DNA of 64,000 nucleotides from Styela clava (Eukaryota): NCBI RefSeq assembly GCF_964204865.1, contig NC_135251.1, positions 30,070,001 to 30,134,000 of the forward strand, read 5' to 3'. Shown piece by piece: positions 1 to 13,582 of this stretch (position 1 is its first letter; each line of letters starts with the position of its first letter). The notes under the pieces were generated by a model. It saw only the letters and a program-made list of their open reading frames with translations, ran no database searches and was not told where the DNA came from. The position numbers and the translations under genes were made by a program.

Positions 1-3000
1 TATATCACAATCATCAAGTAAAACATAAAATCTCATACGATAGGATGACAAGCATAAACCAGTGGCAACATTCATCAATATATTTTCAGTTAGTTTTATC
101 CATCTGTTAGGAATATGAAGAAATAAAATGAGCCAAAATTATTTTTAAAAAGAAAAGATACACCTAAAGACTATCCATTTATCCATACTGTTAACATAAA
201 GACAATCGAACATGCTTGGCAAATGTTGTAACTGTTTCAGGAATTAAGTTGATCTCTTATTGAGCAACAAAGTACAGTAATGTTATATTACTATGTAAAA
301 TTAGAGTCAATACAAGTCAATCTTGTCATCGAACCTTTGGTTGCCCTGTGTATGTTTGCGGGTTCGAATGTTGTGATTGTGAGGTATAATTATGTACAAG
401 ATGATTGTTAGACTCCTCAACACCACAAATAGCTTCATTTTACCATTGATCGTTTATGGCTTACTCCACCATCAGTTCCATGAATATGAAACAAATAACT
501 GGATAACTAATCCCATATTAGACATGGACTGGTAAACAAACAAGAGTCGGGGTTCACCATATGATCAAGTCGTCTATCGACTTTTCTCACCCCAGGACAA
601 ACATGAAAACCCTATTCTATTTTAATTGAACAACCATAGTATTGTGGCAGTAAACTAATAAAAGTAATATAGAACCAAATACCCAAATCTAATAATATAT
701 TAGTTGATACTCTGTGAGTATTCTACAAAACAAAAATGAACACAATCGAAATATTCTAACAGCAACTAACAATGAGTTACTGTTTCAACAAAGAGCTATT
801 TGGGGCCAATGTGCAAAAATACATGTCGAGACCTACACGATGACCTAATAAAACAGAACCCAGAATTTGTTTTAATCACTACTACAAAAATGAAGAAAAT
901 TTATTTAAAAAAGATATATACGGTAGTTAAAACACCTTTGATTTATATCTTGATGTGAGCATACGGAAGTTAACAGTTGTTTGGATTCAATGGTAGATGT
1001 TATGCACTCATCACATGCATGACCTCGCAATAAAAAGTAACTTCCTCCTGGAGTTTTACTCATTAAAGTTATCATTCGCACCATTCCAATGTCAGAATTC
1101 CATGCCGTAAACAGTTCTCTTCTAGTGTCTGACATTAAAACCTAACAAATTGAGCACGGATGACTGAATCTTTGAGGCATACCTATAATTTAACCACTGG
1201 TTGTGTATGCCTTCGAACAAAACACTAAAGAATTTGATATAAATCATGATTTTGCTGCAAAATATTGAAGAATCCATTATATTATTCAATATCATAATTT
1301 ATTCAGATAATTTTTCAAAGTTAGGTGTAAGGCAGAATTCTAGAATTTTGTATTTAGAACTAAGTATGGATGTGAAGAATGAGCTAATAACATACAAACC
1401 CTGCTACAATGCAGAAATTGGAAATTTTCTCACTTTTCTTTCCTTAGCATCGTGGGTCATTATATATAATGGTGGAAGCTTTTCTTCTGGACCGTGATCT
1501 GGGATCCATGACAATGACACCCTGGTGTTGTGAACACTCCAACCTTGATATGATTTAGAATGTCTCCTTGTGCATGTTTCTGCAATCAATTCGTCTCCAT
1601 GTTGTGGAGGCAAAGATGTTACAGAAAGACATGTTCCAGTAGCTGCATTTACAAGAGATGTCCCAGCCCACCAATAAAAATTTTGTCTTTCATCTTTACA
1701 GTCACAAAGAGCTGTTACAACTTTGTTTGTACTCAACACAGCTATACACAATTTGCGATTCTCTGTAAGAGGTAAGATGAATGTACTTAGGTAGTATAAC
1801 CATTTTGAATATACTTATTGTCTGGATGAGTGGTTTCTAACCAGGAGTTTATTGACTGCCAGAGGTCGTCAAAAAAATTTTGAGAATCATAAGATTTGCA
1901 TGCATAAGGTGAACCCAAAATCTCAGAATGAAAGTTCAAGCCTTTGCTGTTCTGTTTGTAAAGAATGACAAATCAAAGGCAACTTCATGCATCATGCTAC
2001 AGAGTATGACAAAATTTATTAGCCTAATATGTTTATTTTTTTCAAAAGATCATTAGGTTGTCATTTATTCAAGTTTGATGTTTAAAACTGGTTCAAGTAC
2101 ATGTAAGGAAAAGTTTCTGATAGAATACGTAATATATGGCTCCTATATAAGGCAGTTCATGTCTATCTTCGAATGGAAACAATGTTTCAAGTAAGAGCTG
2201 CTTGAACATAACATTATAAACTGTTTTTATTGAAGGGGCCCACAACTTTCAGAAAAATCATCAATATGATTCATGGCACTGAAATGGTTGTGAACCAATG
2301 ATCTACATAGTAAAAGTAATTCCTCCGAGAGATCTATTAAATATAAATTGTTTAAACATGTGTGATTGAAGCATGTGCATGTGGAGTTTTCTATATTTTG
2401 CAAGTACTACAATTATCCATATTAGATTCATTAGTTTCATATTGTAGTGCCTTCTAATTGATCAAAATTGTATAATAAAAGGCTGACGACTCACTTGAAT
2501 CAGGTTGCAAAGAATATATTATAAACTTGTCATTTTCATGAATTTCTGGCATGAATTTCCCTTTACTTGACGTTGACCCAATATCCAAGCAATCATCAAC
2601 TTTGCAAGATTTACGCTGAAAGTCCTGCAGTGACCTAACTCTGCACCATGGTATATTAAAAGAAATATCTTCATTCCTACAAAAGTTGTTTCCATCTGTT
2701 TCTATTTCGCTATAAGGTGGAACAAGTAGAGTCAATGGATGAACAACATCAATATCTGGAATATCAGTAGCATTCCATATTTCACAAGTTTCACCATTCT
2801 CAGAAGTGGATACAGATCCATGATAAGTTGCACCAAAACCAATACTACATCCTCTGTATTCGTTACTGCCGCTATATTTGAACCATGGCTGAAATCCACC
2901 AACTGACTGACCATCTAGATTGTATCGCAATAGATGTGTATAAGGGGAATGTAGTGGAGTTGATAAATCCTCATACACTCCTAAAAAATAAATTCAAAAA

Positions 3001-6000
3001 CAAAAGTGAACATTAAATCAACTTCAAAATTCACAACGCCCACATCAAAAAATCAGAGCAACTGTAACATCTATAATCTATATCAGGGGTTCCCAAACCA
3101 TGGCCCGCGGGCCAAATACGACCTGCGTAACGATTTAAAATAACCCGCCGAGCTTACGTGAAATAGTGTTCAACAGATTTTATTTCTACCGTTTTGCGAT
3201 CTAGATACCGCTAATTTATGTCATTATCAGAGTTCAAGCACGTGTTTATCGTAACAATTCAATTATACCAGTATATCAATTATAAGTACCATATCAGCCA
3301 TATAGGAAAGCCACCAGTTATCAGCCATATAGGAAAGCTTAAAGATGTCAGAAATCAAACAAAAACTAGATTCAGAAAACTATCGTTTCTTGGATAAATG
3401 GCAGTGTTCGTATTTCTCCATTGAAAAGTATCAAACTTTGCAGATTTGTCTTCTTTGGCAACGAACTATTCCAGTTCTGAAGGAATACAACAATAAGCGC
3501 CATTATGAGTCAAACAAACATGTTTCAAAAAAATGACAAACGAAAGTGAATCCACTTTTGGGCGCTACATTCTTCCGGCCCGCGAACATCTTTCCGATTC
3601 TAATTTTGGCCCGCGACCAATAAAGTTTGGGACCCCCTGATCTATATAATATATATATATATATGTAATAATAGGCCATACTGATATAAATAACTAGTTT
3701 AAAACAATTTTAAATAACAATACCAATATAAGACTTCGGTGAATCCTCGAGCAAATCCATCAGAAAGTTATGGCCGCTAATTTCTTTATCTGCAGCTAAA
3801 GTCCAATTATTCGAAGCACAAAACTTCTGTGCATCTGAATATGAACGCGGATCATCAAATACCTGTTAAAATATTGTGACAAAAGACACAGCTGTTGGAT
3901 TCTCTTGTTTTCTCATACTTTTTATGTGAATAGCCATCTCCTATTGGCCATGACTCGATAATATAGAGGGGCCAATAAAATAAGACCTCATTTTCTCATG
4001 ACCATGTTGTTCAGGTATACTAATGAAGGTCTCTAGTTTTGAGTATCCCAAACTGGGGTTCGGGGGTCTGTGATGACTGAACAGGGGGTCCCACAACGAT
4101 AATAAAAGAGTCTGATCGATCTTTAATGATTGATTTCGAACAAAAAGCATTTGCATTTTCTTGGTCGAGCGTTGCGGACGAATATCCATTACTTTCAAAA
4201 AAAGGTAACTAAAATTTTATTGCCCTCTGCAACTACCTGCATGTGGGAGGCAACATTTTTAGCTATACAGAGCGAGCAAACCTTGCCGTAGAGTCGAACC
4301 TACGAGTTTGCTTGTCACGAGGTACTCCAAGAATTGATAAATTGTGAAGTAAAAAGCAACCTCATCCATCACATTACTGTTGTTTGTGTTTTTGTGTTAT
4401 AAATGAAACTAACTAAATGAAAAAAATTATCTATCTATGCTGGTTGGGCAGAGAAATTGAGGCATGTAATGGGGGTCCGTCAAAACTGGGGGTCCGTCAC
4501 GAACATGGGTTCGCAGCCCAAAAAGTTTGGGAAACCCTGCTCTAGTTTAAATAGATCTGTTATATAGTGGTCCTATACTGGTCAGACAAAGCTAAAATGT
4601 AAAGTTTTCAGTTTCTCCACACATGATAATTTTCTATGTATAAGTGCATTCTGATTTGGTGTAATATTGCTAAACAGACAATAAAAATGGCATAGGCAGA
4701 GATGGGAGTTTCATTTCTGAGATCAGATAAGATTTGATTCAAATTCATATGTGTAATTTTATTAGGATATTCAATATCAAACAGTGCTTATTATGAATTG
4801 AATAAAAACAGGATTGGTGTTTGGAAATCATATTTCTAATTATAAGTAAAACAATGCACATAATGGCAAGCTATCTATATGACCTTGATGGTGCTAAAAA
4901 TGCAATATCTAAACTATTTGCGATCAATTTAGAGCAAAATGTTCGCACGCATGAGAAATTACATAGGTGTTTCTGACTTTTTTCTGCAATAAATCTTCCA
5001 ATTTAGTATTTTAAATTTGCAGAATACTATAACCCCTACATATGCCGTGTTTTCTGGCAATTGTGATACTAAAATGATCTGTAGCTGTTGACTGACAATA
5101 GTAAGATGGAGCCAATTTCTAAAGTTAGGTATTTTATTTTCTCCTAGTATTGAATGAACATTTTCACAATTTCTCATGAATACGCTGTAAAGTTTAGGAA
5201 AATAGAATAAATGAACATACCTTGAAACAATTTATATCTTTTTCGTTATATTCAGAATAATGAGCTGAAAAGTCAGGAGGGCAGAGGATGGTACAAGGTT
5301 GCGTATTACATGCTTTTACTTCATACAATGAACCTCCACCACAATTCCTATCGCCATGAAATGCACAATTTCTTTTCTTTCGTTTCGTTCCTCCTCCACA
5401 AGTTTTGTCACAAAGTGTCCAGAAGGTCCAAGCAAAAGATCCTCCAGCTCCTGTATATATAAAAATGTAATAAGAATAAAAAATGTTGAACCATTTTCAT
5501 GATAAAATTTTCCCAACTGGCAATGTACTGATTTCATGACAGAGTTGTGTGATAATAATCTCAATAGATAAACCGACAGTCTGACAAGCAACTGATTTCA
5601 GTATTCCATATTTAATTTCATATTTTTATTTATTGTCTTTTTAAGAAACTTTTTACAGGCTTTTATATACCACTTTTATTCCCACATTTTGCTACAAAGA
5701 AGGCCCTGTATAAGCAATTACTGATATCCAACAATATGTAAGGAGTTTTTATTTTTAGAAAGAATCAGAATCTTCGTTTACAAAATATGATGAAAACCTT
5801 TCGTACTCAAACAGAAAGCTTATACGTAGCACAGTCCTTGCTCATTGTTTTATAGTATACTTTCCTTTTCAATATTGTCTGATTATTTTTAACCTGGCGC
5901 ATCAGTCAAACACAATCAAATGTGACATTTTTATCAGTCCTTGTGACATCATTATCCAAACTTGTAACACAATAGCACCTGAGATAGTTTTAAAGCGACC

Positions 6001-9000
6001 AACACAAAATTGAGACCTTATTCTCTCTGTGTTACAAATCTTACAGGCTCTATTCCAAATGCTATATCCACAGTGTTTTCTGTTTGTATTAAAACCGTAA
6101 AAACATTCTCATTTTGTTTTCGCTCTTTCCTATATCGAACCACATCTCTGGCGTATATAAAAAATGAATATCTGGACATAGAATAGTGGAAAAATATATT
6201 GTTCATGTATGCAGGTGATCATTAGCCATGGAAGTATGGATACAGTATTCTTGTGACAACACCTGTAGACTTCTTCAAGTCACTTGTTATATCAATTTTT
6301 ATAAGCATCCGCATGTGTATGCCATGACAAGAAGTTACTGGTTTGAAATGCACCACAAACATCAAAAATATTTGGAAAAAAATTCATCTCACCCCTTTTA
6401 GCACATATGTTCAACCTCTTGTTTGTTCCAAGCATATAAAATTTGGAATTATCATCTGGTTTACTTGTCATTACCCAACGATTTCCTGGACCATCATCAC
6501 TTACGTTAAGATACATGTCATCTCGATTTTCATCAGGAAGTACATCAAGCGGTGACAATAGTCGAACATAGTAACCAGTGCCTGGAAAATATTTGGAATT
6601 ATAATGCGCAATCATGTGCACAATACCTAAGTCATTGTCTGGCTGGTAATCATCCAATCCCCTTTGACCAAACTTCTAAAATCACCATAAAGAGGCAGAC
6701 TATATTTGTTAGTTATAATTGCATCATATCAGTACAAATTGTATAGAACCGATAATGTATCATGCAAGGTACTTGTCAGTGTGCAGCACGGTTGTTAATT
6801 TAATATTCTGTACCAGTTTTGTTGTTTTTCAATTTTAGTTCATGTCTGACCAGTATATGTTATGCCATTGAAATGGCAATATTATATGTTTGAAGGGCGT
6901 CAAAACTTGATTTGTTGTAGCCGCATAAAGTACAAAAAGTACACATTGATTAAGCATCTCCTTTGAATCTATACATAGAACAACTAAGTATTTGAACCCA
7001 TTACCCTTCGTTCAGAATGTGAATTCCATATCTACAGGTCATAGAGTATAATGACATTGCCTTCTGAGTGGCAGTCAACATTAGGTTTTCACTTAAGCTT
7101 GTTCGGGTGCCTAGCTTGTAATAATTTCTCCATTTGCTAAACTTACACATCCAATGTTGAGTTGGGTCATTAAAATCACAATGTGTTAAAATGACTTCTA
7201 GTTCATTTGGTTTTGTTCCATTGAACGATGTTATATTCAATGCCAAACATCTATGGATTCCCTTGTGTATAATATTATGATAATCAGCCCAAGACCACAT
7301 GAAATCGGTCCTTTCTTTGTTGTAAGGACCAGGACAACGACGATATATTCTGTATTGAAAGAAAAAATTATGATACAAAGATGAACAACAAGAAATTAAC
7401 AAAATACCCAAAATATGTTTAGAGGGGCAAGGTGGATTGACCATTAATGACATATCTATTACTATCTCAATCTTATATTTTTAATTCATCTCACTTTAAT
7501 TTAATAATGAACAAATTGAAAACTTACCGTGGAGTTGATCTGCCATCATCAGTTGTATTTGATTCAGCACACTTGTGGTATTTCCAATTTATGATGCCGA
7601 ATATACCGTCATAACGAAGACCAAATTCACATGTGTCTTCATCTGTATCAGGTGAACAATCAGCTTCTTCATTACATTGCTAGATGGAGATCATATTAAA
7701 GTATTATATTGAGTTTGTATTTTGTATGCATAGGAAAATGCTACATCATAAACGTTGTTTAAATGTCTCATATTTGAACCCTATGACTTCATGATTGATA
7801 ATGAACTGCTTTTCCAGTGCCTTATTCTAGAAATTAAAACACATCATGAATAATCCATACCAGAACTATCAGAATAACAAAGCAATGTTTTCTTTCTTGG
7901 GACTGAAGAACTTTGTTTGATCAATTGTGTGCCTCAAAACTATACTTAAAAGTGAAGTAATGATTTTTATTATGGCACTGGTGATACTCGAGTTTTGCTA
8001 CTTACCGTAGATACTTGAAGAACAGAAATATTCATCACATAATTAATTTAGAATATTTATCTATTGAACATTTATCTGCAGATTCAATGATGTAGAATCT
8101 TTTTGAGTCAATACAAAATAGCTATATTACATAAACATCAAATAAATAATATTTCTGAATTGTGAAACAGTCATTTATAATCAAATATCAATGGACTAAT
8201 TCTTCTACATTAAAAATACCTTTGCCAGATCATGGCATTGCTTAGACTGACTACACATGAATTCATCCTTTGTACATTTATCCTCTGGACTCTCTTCTTC
8301 GTAAGATTCAACCTCATACAGATTACGTCTAGGTTGTGGTAGCATTCGTCCCTGCAGAACCACTCTGCAACAAAACAGAGGTAGCCCATATTACTGCAAT
8401 GTAAATTACCACTTTAAAATACCAATAAAAAAGTATGCTACATAAATATTGAATTCTTATTTAATAATATGAAAAACGTACAAATAATTTATACAAAGCA
8501 AATACAAATATAGTTCACCCTATCTAAGTAACACTTCATTTTCTAAGAATTAAGAAGGATCAGAAGATGTATTTTTATAAAGAAATCAGAGATGATTTTA
8601 CTGTAGCACCTTGTAGCAAAACAAAACAATCGTATTTAGAATAACAAAACTGAAACAAATAATGAGTGTCAAACTTGAAACACAAAACTCATAGATATAT
8701 ATTTATTTCTTAACATACCTTCTGGTTTCAGCACAAAGTTCAGATTTACACCCTCTTAATTCTTCTGAGTTTCCTGGTGGACATGGCATATTACGACAAA
8801 GCCGAGTTCTGAACTCAACCCCAAATCCACAAGACACACTGCACTTGCTCCAGGGTGACCATTTCCCCCAACTAATATTACAACAAAAAGGGAATAATTA
8901 GGAACTGATAGGTAGATTGATTATACATATGATTCATATTTCCAAAGAAACAGAAAACAATCATCAGTTTTATGTAGTTGAGGACGGATAGTATTTTAAA

Positions 9001-12000
9001 TAATCAAATTTACATAACAACAAAGTATTTGGCAATATCATATTTGCAGATGTTGAAAAATACATGATATCCGATGCATAATTGGAGATAATGGCAGATA
9101 ACATGCCACAGAGGTTATATGTCAGAAATAATTTTTAGAATTATTTATTATATACTATTGAATTCCCATAAAAAGGAAATTGTATTATGCTCTCTTATAG
9201 GAAAATAATCAGTCGATTTCTATTGCGACTGATTTAAATTTCTTATTCAGAATAGTAATATATGGTCATCCTGAGTGATATCTAAGCTTTTAAAGTCTTC
9301 TTATCTAAAATGTTATTCTGGGAGTATTTTCGATTATCAATTTATCATCTTGTGAAATCAAACATGATATCTAGATAAAGTGCTTATCCTAAAATGTTGT
9401 GACGGGTGTGTACCTTCCATATTCACAAACATTGCAAGTTCTTTGACACTGGCTACGTATAGTCGGCCAGTTGCATTGATTCATTGCTTTGTGTCTTGAA
9501 CACACACCAACTCTTCGAATAGCATCATGACAAGTTGAGGGTAAACTATAAACATTTTCTAGTATGCTTCGACGAAATCTTTGCTTTTGATAACCTCCTG
9601 CTGGAAATTTTTAAATTAACAAGCAAAACATGCTGAGTTCAGAGAATAACTTTTTAAGATATAATACAAAAATAATATAAATAAAAATATACAAGTATAA
9701 TATAAAACAACATGAATAAGTAATGTGCAGTTTTCACAGAACAATTACATTGCCACATGAATTGGTAGTTCATGATTGACAATAATTATGTCTCATATCA
9801 AGATATCATATCATACCAACAAATTGAGCGAATTGATAACACAGTCTCACCTTTATACCCTTTCAGGACAGTTAAAATAACTTTCTATTTGTATTATTAA
9901 AGTATTCTGTATTATTCATATAAAGTCTATCACTAATAATCAAAAAAATATGTTAATACCAAAATATGATTCCACACTCAGTGAAAATTTCCTTTGTGGT
10001 CCTTCCAAGAATAGATTGAATGCTGATTCTTCAACAGTTCCTACATGTTTGAGTTCAAGTTTATCAACACAAAGAAAATTGGACGAGTTTCCAAACTTAT
10101 TTTGTTTGCTAACAACAAACTGATCACAACTTTCTTCTGAAGTTTCTCTGTAAAGAAAATTGAAAAAGTGAAAGCAAAGCGATTTCCTGAATGAACCTTC
10201 AGTCCGCAAAGACACATCATTGCACCAATTAGTTAATTAATTTGGTAATCAAATGGTTTTGACGCTACGTAATGAAAGTCAACATTTGTAAGTGAATAGG
10301 CGTAAACAGCACTCGTTTCAAACTTTTCCCAGGTTTTGCATCTTTCCGCCACCTTTGTATGTGCTATTTATTTTTTGTTCCAGTTATAAAATATAGTGTA
10401 AATTATATAAAATTAAAAAATAGATTAATGGAAATGTGACACAGTTGACACGCAATTTGACAACAACCTATACTGGCCATCCCAGCTTTAAAATAAAACG
10501 AGTAATATTTCCTCGCTCAGCACCTGTTTTTAATATTGGTTTATATTCTGTAATACACAATGTTTGCAACTCTTGTGCTGGCATAAATTGCGTGAACCTA
10601 TTTCAAGTTTCATTATTGATAATACGCATACACATTGTAAAAATAAAAAAAACTTTAATTCTAATACTATCAAATGTTCATAAAATGGTTAAACACCAAT
10701 AAACTCACTTTTGCTTGAACCACAATGTATATTTTAATTGATGTTCTGGTAAGGTGACAAATTTCCAATGTTTGTTGAGGAAACCATCATAGTTTCCTCG
10801 TGGATCGTCATCAGCAGTATAATTAAAACCTGGCTGAATAAAATTAATTTCAGGATATTCACAATATAGTCAATTGTAATATACTATTCGCAGCGATAGT
10901 GGATGTGAATAAAGAAACCCAAAAGTGGTATAAACCCAATCCAAGATATCTACAACTATTTCTATTCAGGGCATCTATGGTAATCATTTTCCTTCTATAT
11001 ATCATGGAACTAGATGGACAAAACCTCGCCAAAGCTCAATCACTCAATAGCTTGTGATGTTGTCACGTCTACTCACCAATACCAGTATCGCATCTTCTTC
11101 ATCAGAAAGTGAAATTCCTTCCACTGAAAACAAAGTAATGAATGTTTAACAAGTATATAATCTTACAACAGAACATTTCGAGCATTCATTGCAAACTTCA
11201 GCACATCCCATTATCATATGATTGATTCCATTAATTAGAATAGAAAAACAGTCTTTTGAATTGTCAGTATGATAAAGTAATGGTAATTTTGAAAAATTAC
11301 TGTTCATTTATTATTTTATACTATGCTATATATGTTTCTAGCATTATGCCAGGGCGGAATACCTGCGTGGATGTGACCGACGCTTTGACGGTCGTTTAAC
11401 GCTTATTTCAGATCATATGATTTGATCCCTGAACACTATTCGTTGTAACAAGATCATTGCGACTATTGAATTATCGGCCAATATCCTCACAAATTTCACT
11501 CATATTTGCGTTTTTTGGTTTATACTAAATTCATTGGCATGGCCTACGATTAACTTTTTTCATTAACGTTGCGTATAAGGTGTCATTGCGAACTGTCGAT
11601 CATCGCTTCGAACATATGTGTTGAAACATTTAGCCTTTCCTGATACTGTTATTAAATTATACATCACCATCTATAGAGGATCGGGGTATGATGGTTCAAA
11701 ATTCTCGTTTTCGCACGCCGTTCCGGACAAACTCGTTTCCGAAATATGGATTCGCTTTACTTTTTTCATTCGACGTATTTAGACGTCTTTAGCTCCGAAC
11801 AAGGACATGCAAAGGCGGCCACTAATATTCAGAAAGCTGCTTTATTTAGGAAGGCCGGAATAATTCCGAATCGGCATTGCATACCTGGCTTATCATAACC
11901 TGAGTTTGTACATTTTGTATGTACGATGTGTATTTACGGTATAGTGAGAAAATAAAATACCGATAACTGGTCGGCATGGAATTCGATTTTTATAAGCGAC

Positions 12001-13582
12001 GTCATCATAAATGAATCCCACGCTCCATTTATAAGCCATTGTACCAACACATATTTCATAGATGTCTCTTCCTTCGCACCAGCAAAGTTTTCTCGCGATA
12101 TTTAGATTGGCGACCAGTTTTGATCACGGTTGAAGAACCCTCTTGTCACTGAACTAAATTTCTGTCTCGTGCAAACTCATTTAGTTAACCGCAGCGCAGC
12201 CGCTCCAATAAATAGATATTCTCCTTAGCCTTTAATTAATGTTTTTAGGGCTCTTGATATTGAGCAATCAAATATGAGACATATTTATCGGAAAGTTATC
12301 CCATTACTTTTCATATGCTAGCATGTTGCCTCATAGTCTACTATAAAATCGCTGAGCTGAAGATTTAGTTTGCAAACCATGCATAAATGCTAATATTTCG
12401 CTTTTCCATTGTGTATTTCGTGACGATGGGAATAGGTACACTCTTATTTACAGTGTCACAAAAAGCTCAATATGTTTTACGCTAGGCGTTTTTTTGTAGA
12501 ATATACCAATTCATAGCGTAGCAAGTACAAAAGAATAGATACTATGGATATTAACACTTTTAACCACGTATTATTAATTGCGCATTTTATTTGCCTGAAA
12601 CAAGGTTGTTGCCCGATCCTATTTATCTACGATATTGATATATTTTTTATGCGAAGATGTTGATTGACGTATTTTCTGCTCTCATTGAAGAGTACGTTTA
12701 ATAGTATTGAGAATATAAAGCGGGATGGCGACTTGCTTTCCTATAATAGCTGTTTCTCGCGCCAATCAGCGCTTCATGGGGCGAAATGTAGCCTGATAAA
12801 TCGTAACTTTTTGTTTTAAAATAAGTTTATACTGTATACGCAGATAGGATATTGGTTAAGCATAAATGAAATATTACAACATGAAAGGACACTTCAGACA
12901 ATCACTGATAAAATTTTATTGCTCTATCGACAATTCGAAAGTTGACTTTGATTATACGGATGGGAGTCCGTCAGCTCAGAGTGCTGAGAAAGGAACAAAA
13001 GAGTTTAAAACATTTTCCATCCGCGGTCGTAATCGCTTGAAAGGTTATCCCACTGCAGTAAACGGGCCAGACTTTGTATATATGAGCTTAATATATATAT
13101 GTCATCTATATTTTCATATATTTCCAGACAAACAATCGTATATATTGCCACCAATTTTGCCATTCGTACTTTTGTTGTTTTCAATTCCTCGGACAAAATA
13201 AGTCTCAGTTCAATAATAATTTAATGTTTGTTTTGCTCAATCATAATATCCCGATGATAGTCTAAGATATTGAATATTTATTGCAGCATTGTGAACAACG
13301 CCTGGATTGCCATCAATATCATATTTCATTAAATAGCTGTATTATTGCATGAAGAATTTGAAATGTGGGAGGTTTTTGTCTCGCTTTGTATGTTCCGTAT
13401 TTCGTCGGTCCTCGATCTCTCGTAAACAACTTTAGGTGAGGTAATTCCAAATGTCAGCAAAAAAAAATTTTCAAAATTTAAGTATTGAATGTTTTTGTTA
13501 TCGATCTACAAAAATTCGTACCTGGAGATAAAAGCGCAAACATCAGGAGCAGAGCTTTCGAAGTCAACAATAGCAGGTACAT
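1..13582 (-). CDS. Secreted mosaic protein (signal peptide, furin site, ShKT, TSP1, LDLa, ricin-B/mannose-receptor Cys-rich-like, TSP1, partial C-type lectin, kringle, ricin-B repeats); 3' end beyond window
   Basis: GT-AG exons, 5'->3' on minus: 13582-13522 ([20 protein letters not shown]), 11123-11077, 10833-10709, 10147-9960, 9600-9414 (RFRR/S, Sh[15 protein letters not shown]), 8871-8719 (TSP1 [15 protein letters not shown]), 8364-8220 + 7679-7528 (LDLa [25 protein letters not shown]), 7349-7005, ~6675-6393 (ricin-like), 5450-5221 (TSP1 [14 protein letters not shown], then CPPDF..CFK), 3862-3724 ([12 protein letters not shown]), 2980-2567 (kringle YHG..NFCRN..PWC), 1762-1434, 1141-936, 103-<1 ([19 protein letters not shown]). 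Phases are consistent except at the 7005/6675 junction. Confidence 0.85.
3084..3639 (+). mobile_element. hAT (Buster/SPIN/Charlie-like) non-autonomous element with N-terminal transposase remnant
   Basis: TIRs caggggttcccaaac / gtttgggaccccctg; perfect 8-bp TSD atctatat. ORF 3345-3536 (..[21 protein letters not shown]) resembles the BED-finger N-terminus of GTF2IRD2/SPIN-type transposases. Confidence 0.9.
4039..4539 (+). mobile_element. hAT non-autonomous element with C-terminal dimerization-domain remnant
   Basis: 8-bp TSD ctctagtt; right TIR gtttgggaaaccctg, left TIR decayed. Internal frameshifted [22 protein letters not shown] resembles the hATC motif LLPFATTYLCE. Confidence 0.8.

Noticed and set aside
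5316-5591. ORF-track 91-aa translation
   Set aside because: Wrong frame; the real exon 5450-5221 encodes a TSP1 domain in another frame.
6018-6206. Extra exon of the mosaic gene
   Set aside because: Phase is incompatible with flanking exons, which join directly (6393->5450, phase 1).
12866-13201. 111-aa plus-strand ORF nested in the mosaic gene intron
   Set aside because: No recognisable domain or splice context; composition is consistent with a chance ORF.
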